Below are positions 26,503-34,038 of a stretch of DNA of 58,341 bases, in pieces. Source of the stretch: Candidatus Sungiibacteriota bacterium (GTDB taxonomy: Bacteria; Patescibacteriota; Minisyncoccia; Sungbacterales; HO2-52-23); NCBI GenBank assembly GCA_016180435.1, contig JACPBG010000002.1, positions 1 through 58,341 on the forward strand, given 5' to 3'. A program made the position numbers and the translations under genes. The stretch's first letter is position 1, and every line of letters starts with the position of its first letter. The notes beneath the pieces were generated by a model. The model saw only the letters and a program-made list of their open reading frames with translations, searched no databases and was not told the DNA's origin.

Positions 26503-26637
26503 TATCTAAATCCTAAACCCTAATCTCTAAACAAATCCAAAACCCAAATCTCAAAATTTATAGTGAGCTTATCGAATCTACGTTTTAGAATTTTGAAATT
26601 TGAGATTGTTTAGAATTTAGAGATTAGAATTTAGAGA
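26503..26637. repeat. 135-nt imperfect hairpin of TCTAAA/TTTAGA-type repeats between rpmF and nusB
   Basis: Left arm atctaaatcctaaaccctaatctctaaac..., right arm ...gtttagaatttagagattagaatttagagat. Confidence 0.8.
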
Positions 26638-26647
26638 TTAAAATTTT

Positions 26648-27193
26648 ATGGCCAGCAGGCACCTTGCAAGATCAATCGCCATGCAGTCGCTCTTTGAGTG
26701 GGATTTTCAAGGTAAGGATACCAAATCCCTGCCGGAAATCGTGGAGCGGAATAAAAAAGAATTCGGCCCGGGACTTGATGAGGAGTACGGTTTTATTGAC
26801 CGCATGATTAGCGGCGTTGTGGAAAATCTGGATAAGATAAATGCGATTATCGAAAAAGCCGCGCCCGAATGGCCGATTGAACAAATTACTTCGATTGACC
26901 GCGCTGTCCTGCGTCTTGGGCTTTACGAGTTGTTATTCGGCAATCATGATGAGGTTCCTCCTAAGGTTGCGATTAATGAGGCGATTGAACTTGCCAAATC
27001 ATTTGGCGGCGAGTCATCCGGCAGATTTATCAACGGGGTTTTAGGCACTGTGTATAGAGAAATAGGGGAGCCGGGTAAAGATTATCCGAATCGGGCCGAA
27101 CTTGCCAAGAAAAGGGAAGAGGAGAAAGAGAAGGAAGAAGCGGAGAAAAAAGAGGAAACAGGAAAAGAAGAAGAGGAGAAGAAAGAAAAATAA
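26648..27193 (+). CDS. nusB: Transcription antitermination factor NusB with E/K-rich tail
   Basis: [17 protein letters not shown] start, NusB fold length, then a 40-aa EEKEKEE low-complexity tail. Confidence 0.9.
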   Translation: MASRHLARSIAMQSLFEWDFQGKDTKSLPEIVERNKKEFGPGLDEEYGFIDRMISGVVENLDKINAIIEKAAPEWPIEQITSIDRAVLRLGLYELLFGNHDEVPPKVAINEAIELAKSFGGESSGRFINGVLGTVYREIGEPGKDYPNRAELAKKREEEKEKEEAEKKEETGKEEEEKKEK

Positions 27194-27194
27194 C

Positions 27195-27260
27195 TTTACG
27201 AAATACGAATTTTTACGAATATACGAATTCGTACATTCGTAGTGATTCGTATTTCGTAAA
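27195..27260 (+). repeat. 66-nt ACGAAT-repeat hairpin immediately upstream of the rnc start
   Basis: Ends 5 nt before the GTG start at 27266; 65/66 identical to the reverse complement of 22912-22977. Confidence 0.9.
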
Positions 27261-27265
27261 ATTTC

Positions 27266-27958
27266 GTGAAGGATCTTTCTCATTTCGAGGAAAAAATTTC
27301 TATAAAATTTAAAAACCCCGATTTATTGCTACAGGCCTTAACTCACCGTTCATACATAAACGAAAATCCTTCGTTTCGGTTAGGGCATAATGAGCGGTTT
27401 GAATTTTTAGGGGATGCGGTACTGGAACTCATCGTAACCGAGGCGCTTTTTGCAAAATTTCCGGACAAGTCGGAAGGAGAACTTACAAGTTTCCGCGCGG
27501 CGCTGGTTAATGCCAATATGCTATCAGACATCGCGGTGGAGCTTGAAATGAACCAATATTTGATGCTTTCCCGCGGGGAGGCCAAAGACATGGGGCGCGC
27601 GCGCCAATACATTTTGGCAAACGCCTTTGAGGCGCTGGTTGGCGCAATTTATCTTGACCAAGGATATGATGTGACGCGCGGTTTTATCAGCCGCGCGGTT
27701 TTGGCGCATTTGGACGAGATTATTTCCAAGAAACTTTATAAAGACCCCAAGTCCCTTTTTCAGGAGGAGGCGCAGGAAAGGGTCGGGATTACGCCGAATT
27801 ACGAGGTGCTCCGCGAATGGGGGCCGGATCATGACAAGCATTTCGTGGTAGGGGTATTTTTGGAAAAAGAATTAGTGGCCGAGGGCGAAGGGCCGTCCAA
27901 GCAGTTGGCGCAGGAAGAAGCCGCTCGGAATGGGTTGCATGTGCGGGGTTGGGTTTAG
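27266..27958 (+). CDS. rnc: Ribonuclease III
   Basis: NERFEFLGDAVLEL signature and C-terminal dsRBD, 230 aa, GTG start. Confidence 0.95.
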   Translation: MKDLSHFEEKISIKFKNPDLLLQALTHRSYINENPSFRLGHNERFEFLGDAVLELIVTEALFAKFPDKSEGELTSFRAALVNANMLSDIAVELEMNQYLMLSRGEAKDMGRARQYILANAFEALVGAIYLDQGYDVTRGFISRAVLAHLDEIISKKLYKDPKSLFQEEAQERVGITPNYEVLREWGPDHDKHFVVGVFLEKELVAEGEGPSKQLAQEEAARNGLHVRGWV

Positions 27959-28200
27959 TCTCGCCGATTTGTCCTCCGCTCAAGAGTTCCGGCGCGGAAA
28001 AATGGAGCCAAAAATGCAATAGGATACCTCCGCGTTCCGAGCATACTTAAAAAAATAGTTCCCGAGCTTAGTCGAGGGACTACCCAAAAAAGAATTAGGG
28101 GAATAGTTTTTGTGCTCGGCCGCGGCTTCCTTTATTGCATTTTTTCACCATTTTTTATCCGTGCCTCCACTAATTTCGCGGAAGAACATATCGGCTCGCC
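27958..28200. repeat. Long imperfect palindrome, family B (243 nt)
   Basis: Arms ...ctcaagagttccggcgcggaaaaatggagccaaaaatgcaatagg... / ...cctttattgcattttttcaccattttttatccgtgcc...; related to 52406-52558. Confidence 0.75.
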
Positions 28201-28293
28201 AAATGATTTTTGAAAAAAATATCAATTCTCGCTTAAAAGAAGATTTTATTAAGGTGGCCGCATCATGCGGCCTTGTATAATATAGAAAAATAA

Positions 28294-28317
28294 TAAAAAA
28301 ATAGCCGCAGGGCGGCT
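28294..28317 (-). terminator. Terminator of the 28323-28982 gene
   Basis: agccgc-agg-gcggct; T-run on minus strand. Confidence 0.7.
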
Positions 28318-28322
28318 GAAAC

Positions 28323-28982
28323 TTATTTAATGTGATTTAACTCATGCTCCGTAATATCTGTTAAAGTGCGGATGTCATGGAACCAGGCGCAGGGTAAACA
28401 TTTGAGATTTATCGTTGACCGGAACGCATCGCGGATTAGTTCATGCTCAAAGATTGATCTTCGGAGAAACCGTTGCTGGTTGAGTGCATGATGTGTTATA
28501 TAGAAGATTGCGCTTTTTGATATCGGTAACGCCCGGAGATCCATTGTATCCACTACTCGAATCTCCTTTGGAATGAAGTCGGTGGCAATCACGTATCGTG
28601 GAACGATAAGCAGGTCTCGAATGGGGACATCTGGTGCGATAAGTTCATCCAGTTTTTTCCGCAAAGTTTTTTCCGGCTCGTTTAAGCGTTTAGCCATTGT
28701 TTTGATGGTCTCATCCACAATCTTATTATGTTCTGCCATAATTTTTTTGGATGCCCACTCAATGTCCAGTAGAAACTCCTGGAGCCGTTCTTCTCGGATT
28801 GGAATCGTGGTACAGTTTAATATGACAAGGCGCGAGGACGGCGTTTTGTCCCAAGTGCTGTGCAGACGGGTGATTCGGCTTTGGCATGTTGACGGTGCGG
28901 ATGGGTTTTCTGCGCCGTTGGCGTGAATTACCAAGAAGGTTATAATACCCATAAAAAATGCGGTGTAAATGATTTTTTTCAC
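28323..28982 (-). CDS. Secreted hypothetical protein (C-terminal HELNH)
   Basis: Signal peptide MKKIIYTAFFMGIITFLVIHANG; 219 aa. Confidence 0.5.
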   Translation of the reverse strand: MKKIIYTAFFMGIITFLVIHANGAENPSAPSTCQSRITRLHSTWDKTPSSRLVILNCTTIPIREERLQEFLLDIEWASKKIMAEHNKIVDETIKTMAKRLNEPEKTLRKKLDELIAPDVPIRDLLIVPRYVIATDFIPKEIRVVDTMDLRALPISKSAIFYITHHALNQQRFLRRSIFEHELIRDAFRSTINLKCLPCAWFHDIRTLTDITEHELNHIK

Positions 28983-29048
28983 TTTAATGTTCCTTTCGGC
29001 GTTTGGATTTTTAAAAGATCAAACCTATCATAATTCATAATATCAATT

Positions 29049-29417
29049 ATGTCAAGGGCTGGGGTTATTTTGACTACATGTAAAAGTAAGTTAGAAGCCG
29101 AGCGGATCGGACGCGCGCTTTTGCAAAAACGGCTGGCAGCCTGTTGTATAACTATTCCGGAGGCGAGTTCTTTGTATCGGTGGCCGCCCCGATTTGAATC
29201 GGGGCGAGCCTCGCCTCGTTTACAACGAGGCGGGAAAGGGAAAATCAAAAGCGCCAAAGAAGTTATACTGTTGGTGAAAACTATGCGCGCTAAAGTCGGC
29301 GCGGCTGAACGAGAAATCAAAAAACTCCACTCCTATAAAATTCCGGCAATTATAACTTGGTCGGCAAGAAATGTTAATAAAATATACCTGCAATGGATGA
29401 AAAAGATGATAAAATAA
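29049..29417 (+). CDS. cutA: Divalent-cation tolerance protein CutA with in-frame GC-rich insertion
   Basis: ILTTCKS...LAACCITIP...SLYRW ... EVILLVKT ... HSYKIPAI CutA1 pattern. Confidence 0.8.
   Translation: MSRAGVILTTCKSKLEAERIGRALLQKRLAACCITIPEASSLYRWPPRFESGRASPRLQRGGKGKIKSAKEVILLVKTMRAKVGAAEREIKKLHSYKIPAIITWSARNVNKIYLQWMKKMIK
29184..29234. repeat. GC-rich element inside cutA
   Basis: ccccgatttgaatcgggg + GGGCGAGCCTCGCC (29202-29215) + cctcgtttacaacgagg; encodes PPRFESGRASPRLQRGG. Confidence 0.85.
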
Positions 29418-29806
29418 AGAAGCAGTTTTATACTTGGCAGGAATTTGACGAAGACATGGTAAAAATCGCGGAATGGGCTCGCGCTAAAAAATTCCAAAGC
29501 GTTTACGGAATTCCGCGCGGGGGATTGGTTTTGGCAGTATCTCTTTCGCATCGTCTTGGAATTCCGCAGATATTAAGCGCCGAAGATATTACGAAAACTA
29601 CGCTGGTGGTGGATGATATTTCTGATTCCGGAAAAACGCTTACATCACTGGAGGCGCGAATCGGGTTTCGGCCCCATGTCGCCACGATTTTTTGGCATGC
29701 CGATACGTCGCACCGGCCGGATTTTTCGCTGCGTGAGAAAAAAAGCTGGATTGTATTTCCGTGGGAAACCGAGGTAAGCTCAAAATATGATGCTACTGCT
29801 TATTAA
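29393..29806 (+). CDS. Phosphoribosyltransferase (purine PRT-like)
   Basis: IPRGGLVLAVSLSHRLG and PRPP-binding loop TLVVDDISDSGKT. Confidence 0.8.
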   Translation: MDEKDDKIKKQFYTWQEFDEDMVKIAEWARAKKFQSVYGIPRGGLVLAVSLSHRLGIPQILSAEDITKTTLVVDDISDSGKTLTSLEARIGFRPHVATIFWHADTSHRPDFSLREKKSWIVFPWETEVSSKYDATAY

Positions 29807-29948
29807 AAGTTTGGCCACCGGTTTTATAACCGGTCTGGTGTTTGCTTTTTTCCGGCTTCCGATTCCTGCTCCGGGAGTGCTTGCTGGAGTTGTGGGAATT
29901 GTCGGGATATATCTTGGATATGTTTTGATTTCATGGTGGAGGCTTTAA
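29787..29948 (+). CDS. XapX-like small membrane protein (DUF1427-like), 53 aa
   Basis: MMLLLIKSLATGFITGLVFAFFRLPIPAPGVLAGVVGIVGIYLGYVL, recalled XapX-domain pattern; below ORF-track cutoff. Confidence 0.5.
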   Translation: MMLLLIKSLATGFITGLVFAFFRLPIPAPGVLAGVVGIVGIYLGYVLISWWRL

Positions 29949-30007
29949 TCCCCACGAATTACGAATTTTGACGAATTGCGAAAGAGCGTCATTTTATCCA
30001 TGCACCA

Positions 30008-30065
30008 GCCGCCAGGGGCGAGCCTCGCCAAAGGCGAAAAGACCACGGGCTTGCCCGCGGAGCTT
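30008..30065. repeat. Intergenic copy of the GC-rich element
   Basis: Core GGGCGAGCCTCGCC at 30016-30029. Confidence 0.8.
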
Positions 30066-30068
30066 TAT

Positions 30069-30107
30069 CTGCAAATATATAGCGGTCGCTTTACGTTTGC
30101 GGATAGA
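30069..30107. promoter_or_regulatory. Palindromic motif upstream of the PaaX-like gene (candidate operator)
   Basis: tatctgcaaatata-tagcggtcgct-ttacgtttgcggata; about 80% identical to 30729-30769. Confidence 0.4.
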
Positions 30108-30123
30108 TTTAAAAGTGTTATAG

Positions 30124-30690
30124 TTGATGCCTATGGCTGCGGAAGGGAAAGGAGAAATTCAAAAAAAGGTTTTATTGTGCTTATGGGGCGGATTGGCGTT
30201 GGGTCTTTCCGGTACGCCTAAGCGTTATTTCCGCATCCTAAAATCGATAGGCAAGGAATGGGAGGCAATTGAACGGGAATCGCTCTATAGAACGATTCGT
30301 TCGTTATATCAATCCCGCCTTATTACTTGTAAAGAAAATAAGGATGGCACTACTACCTTGATTTTAAGCCAAGCGGGAAAGGAAAAAGTAATGACGTATG
30401 AACTTGACTCTATGAAAATTAAAAAACCGGACCATTGGGATAGTAAATGGCGGCTTGTTTTTTTTGATATTCCCGAGTATATCAAGGGCGCCAGGGATGC
30501 GTTACGAACGCGACTTAAACAAATTGGCATGAAAGAATTGCAAAAGAGCGTGTTTGTTCATCCCTTTCCATGTGATGACGAGATAAACTTTCTAATTGAA
30601 CATTATCAGATTCGACCCCATGTACGTACGGCAGTAGTTGAATCTATTGATAACGAACTTCATCTTAAAGTAAAATTTAGGTTATTATAA
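30124..30690 (+). CDS. PaaX-like transcriptional regulator family protein
   Basis: N-terminal wHTH-like region, C-terminal WRLVFFDIPE...R..L...G...LQKSVFVHP pattern (PaaX/Cas2-like fold). Confidence 0.6.
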   Translation: MMPMAAEGKGEIQKKVLLCLWGGLALGLSGTPKRYFRILKSIGKEWEAIERESLYRTIRSLYQSRLITCKENKDGTTTLILSQAGKEKVMTYELDSMKIKKPDHWDSKWRLVFFDIPEYIKGARDALRTRLKQIGMKELQKSVFVHPFPCDDEINFLIEHYQIRPHVRTAVVESIDNELHLKVKFRLL

Positions 30691-30728
30691 CGCAGCATCG
30701 GTTTGATGATTTTTTGTGATAATTTTAT

Positions 30729-30769
30729 CCACAAATACATAGCGGTCGCTGTGTATTTGCGGATAAGGA
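30729..30769. promoter_or_regulatory. Second copy of the palindromic motif, upstream of smc
   Basis: tatccacaaataca-tagcggtcgctg-tgtatttgcggata, 14-bp arms with 1 mismatch. Confidence 0.4.
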
Positions 30770-30822
30770 TGTGTATCGGCCCACTTTTCTTTTAACTTGG
30801 TTTTTATTATGATTACCTTTGT

Positions 30823-33087
30823 ATGTATTTAAAGAGATTAGAATTAAGCGGATTTAAATCCTTTGCTAAATTGACTACGCTTGAGTTCCCGTCACGCATA
30901 ACGGCAATTGTCGGTCCGAACGGTTCAGGTAAATCAAATATCGCAGAATCTCTGCGCTGGGTTTTGGGGGAGCAGTCCATGAAGTCGCTTCGCGGCAAGC
31001 GCGGCGAGGATTTGATTTGGAACGGATCGCCTGCCTCGCCGGCGGGCGGGCCGCAGGTTCCACGCCTGGGCAAGGCGTCGGCGGCGCTGCTTTTTGATAA
31101 TAAGGATGGATCCGGCAAATTCATGACCGGCGGGAATACGCCTTTTGATTTTGAAGAAATCGCGATCATGCGTAAAATTTTTCGCGACGGCATGAACGAA
31201 TATTATTTGAACGATTCACAGGTGCGCCTAAAGGATATCGTGGAGTTGATTGCCCGCATGGGATTGGGGGAGACCAAGCATAATATCATAGGGCAGGGCG
31301 AGGTTGATAAGATTTTATTATCTTCCCCGCGTGATCGGCGGGAGATGCTGGAGGAGGCCCTGGGACTTAGGGTGTATCAATTGAAAAAACACGAGGCCGA
31401 ACGCAAATTGGAAGCGACCGAAGTTAATATGAAGCAAGCCGAAACTCTCGTCCGGGAAATCGCGCCGCATTTGAAATTTTTAAAATCGCAGGCCCAAAAG
31501 GCCGAAGCGCGCGAAAGCGTGCATGGCGAGTTGCGGCAGCTCGAAAAAATTTATTTTGTGCGCGAGCGCGCTTCCATTGCCGAAGAAAGGAAGGGCATTG
31601 AAAAAAGGCGCGAGCCGTTTTTGAAAAAACGGGAAGAGATCCGCGCCGATATCATGGTGTGTGCAGCCAAGGTTGGGGAGCTTGAAAAAAAGTTTTCGGT
31701 TGAGGCCTCGGAAGGCGAGGATAAAAAATTTGCGGCGCTGGAGCGAAGGCGCCGGGAAATTGAACGCGAGCTTGGACGTCTGGAGGGCCGGGTTGAAATG
31801 GAGCGGGAGCGTGCGGCGTCGGCGGGCAGGCGCGAGGTGGACATAGGGTATGTGCAGGAAGAAATCCGCGAATTTATCGCGGAGATCAGAAATGTGCTGG
31901 ATGTGGAGGATCGGATTGAAGCAGTGCGCATGCGGTTTGAAGTTCTAATAGAGGACCTGGAACGGCTTTTGGACACTTTGGCGCGCGGGGGAGCAATTCC
32001 TGCTAAGAGCCAAGAAGAAACCTCTCCATTATTAGCCGAACTTGCGGGTACTATCAAAAAATTGGGAGACGAGCTGGCCGTGATTTCCAAGGAGATTGAG
32101 GAACGTGAGGCGGGAAGAATGCATGAACGCAAAGAATTGCAGAAACTGCAGGCATCCCTCCGGGAAGAAGAAGGCGCGCTTCGCGTTAAGCAGGATGAGG
32201 AGAGGGATTTGATATTGGAGATCGAAAGATTCCGGTTTGAAGAAGAACGATTGCGGGTCCGTGAAGACGAGTGGAAGCGAGGAATGGCGGGCGCAACGCT
32301 TAACGACAGGGATTTGACGGATGTGCAATTGGGGGATTATGAGTCCGCGGCCATTTCGGATATCTCCAGAAAAATTGAGCGTTTGCGCGCGCGCCTGGAA
32401 GAAATCGGCGGAATTGATCAGTCGGTGGTGCAGGAATTCAAGGAGACCGAAGCGCGCCATTCGTTTCTTGCCAAAGAAATTGATGATTTGAAGCAAGCGG
32501 CATCTTCCCTGAAAAGTTTAATTATTGAACTCGATGAACATATTAAAAAGGATTTTCATGCCGGATTTTTAAAGATCAAAGAAGAATTTCATAACTATTT
32601 CCGCATTATTTTTGGCGGGGGCAAGGCGTCGTTGCAGTTAGTTGAGATTATACAGCGCGTGGCCGATGAAGATGGAGAGAACGGAGGGGGTGGAGAAATA
32701 GCGGAAGACGATGGAGAAAAGAAAGTTATGGAAGGAATAGATATTTCCGTTGATTTGCCGCGAAAACGCATTAAGGGTCTTGCTATGTTATCGGGCGGGG
32801 AGCGGGCGTTAACATCTATTGCGCTTTTGTTTGCGATTACCTCGGTAAATCCCCCGCCTTTTTTGGTTTTGGATGAGACGGATGCGGCCTTGGATGAGGC
32901 CAATTCCCAGAGATACGCCGCAATTTTAAAAGAGCTTGCCAAACAAACTCAATTATTGCTGGTTACGCATAACCGCGAAACCATGAAATGCGCCGGGGTT
33001 TTGTACGGAGTTACCATGGGAGATGACGGGGTGTCGAAGTTGCTGTCGCTGAAGTTGGAGGAGGCGGAAGTGTATACGAATAGGTAA
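30823..33087 (+). CDS. smc: SMC-family ATPase, short (754 aa), no recognisable hinge
   Basis: MYLKRLELSGFKSF + GPNGSGKSN head; LSGGERALTSIALLFAI...LVLDETDAALD C-head; continuous coiled coil between. Confidence 0.85.
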   Translation: MYLKRLELSGFKSFAKLTTLEFPSRITAIVGPNGSGKSNIAESLRWVLGEQSMKSLRGKRGEDLIWNGSPASPAGGPQVPRLGKASAALLFDNKDGSGKFMTGGNTPFDFEEIAIMRKIFRDGMNEYYLNDSQVRLKDIVELIARMGLGETKHNIIGQGEVDKILLSSPRDRREMLEEALGLRVYQLKKHEAERKLEATEVNMKQAETLVREIAPHLKFLKSQAQKAEARESVHGELRQLEKIYFVRERASIAEERKGIEKRREPFLKKREEIRADIMVCAAKVGELEKKFSVEASEGEDKKFAALERRRREIERELGRLEGRVEMERERAASAGRREVDIGYVQEEIREFIAEIRNVLDVEDRIEAVRMRFEVLIEDLERLLDTLARGGAIPAKSQEETSPLLAELAGTIKKLGDELAVISKEIEEREAGRMHERKELQKLQASLREEEGALRVKQDEERDLILEIERFRFEEERLRVREDEWKRGMAGATLNDRDLTDVQLGDYESAAISDISRKIERLRARLEEIGGIDQSVVQEFKETEARHSFLAKEIDDLKQAASSLKSLIIELDEHIKKDFHAGFLKIKEEFHNYFRIIFGGGKASLQLVEIIQRVADEDGENGGGGEIAEDDGEKKVMEGIDISVDLPRKRIKGLAMLSGGERALTSIALLFAITSVNPPPFLVLDETDAALDEANSQRYAAILKELAKQTQLLLVTHNRETMKCAGVLYGVTMGDDGVSKLLSLKLEEAEVYTNR

Positions 33088-33089
33088 AA

Positions 33090-33384
33090 ATGTGGTTTTT
33101 CAACCACTCCGATTTCAGACACGACTCACGCACTCCTGCGGTGCGTTCGCTAAGGGTCGGGCGAAGTTTTTCCGTCCGCCAGTTGGCGGACGGAAAACCA
33201 AACCACGTCACCAAAATTTTGACCGTTTCCGTGCCGCCTCGAATAAGCTGGCGGGACATGCTTTGTATTTCTTAACAGATGTTCATCTCTGCTCGGATGG
33301 AAACGAAAGCGGCAGTAAAAATTTGGTGCGGGGCAAGCAACTTCGCCCTCCCATTATCTGAAATCGAAATGGTTGAAACCACAT
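33090..33384. repeat. Long imperfect palindrome, family A (295 nt)
   Basis: Outer arms atgtggtttttcaaccactccgatttcaga / tctgaaatcgaaatggttgaaaccacat; internal blocks shared with 14491-14757. Confidence 0.8.
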
Positions 33385-33636
33385 ATGGGGTGGAAAAAAA
33401 TGATGAAATTAAGAAACTTCATCCTCCCATTGTCTAAAATTACCATAGCCGAGACCACACATTGAGGGAGACAAGTAATTTTTAAGCCGACCCTAAAAGA
33501 AATAAGTAAGGAGGAGATAGTGTAAGGGATAACGCCTATTTTTAAGATGAGTTTGAGTTAAGGTAAGCGGCATGCGCAGCTTGTAATTTTTATATAAAAC
33601 CGTATTATATGCTAAGTACCTTATTGTGGAGATTTT

Positions 33637-33984
33637 ATGGATCAGACCGAACGCGAGCGGTTGGCAAAAAAGATTCATAAAGAAATTGATGAAGACGGAA
33701 GCGAAATTAATGTAGCGTATATTGAGAAGATACTCGAAAAAGATACGGTCGGACTTCTTTTGTGGATACAGGATAAACTTGGGAATTTATCCAGACCTTA
33801 TGTTGAAACGGTTCACCTTGCTCAATGTTATGAGCAGTCAGCTAATGCCAACACTATAGGTACGCTTGATCTCGGTACGCGGATTTTAGTAAGTAATTTC
33901 AAGACCATCGTATTTATTCTGCACGAAATCCAAGCTCGAATTCGCGCCATTGATTCTCCGTCCGATAAGCAACAATTGCGATAA
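33637..33984 (+). CDS. Hypothetical protein
   Basis: 115-aa ORF with GGAG upstream. Confidence 0.4.
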   Translation: MDQTERERLAKKIHKEIDEDGSEINVAYIEKILEKDTVGLLLWIQDKLGNLSRPYVETVHLAQCYEQSANANTIGTLDLGTRILVSNFKTIVFILHEIQARIRAIDSPSDKQQLR

Positions 33985-34012
33985 GGGATTGTCGCCATTT
34001 TTTACGCATCAT

Positions 34013-34034
34013 AAAACCACGGGTTCGCCCGTGG
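34013..34034. terminator. Bidirectional terminator
   Basis: ccacggg-ttcg-cccgtgg flanked by A-run and T-run. Confidence 0.7.
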
Positions 34035-34038
34035 CATT

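Noticed and set aside
27105-27190. Purine-rich GAAGAG low-complexity tract at the nusB 3' end, considered as a separate repeat element.
   Set aside because: It is simply the coding sequence of an E/K-rich C-terminal tail. Similar charged tails occur on L32 and the KH protein.
22912-27260. The two 66-nt inverted repeats as ends of a composite transposon.
   Set aside because: There is no transposase or recombinase between them, the content is core housekeeping genes, and each copy is itself a palindrome of a dispersed repeat family.
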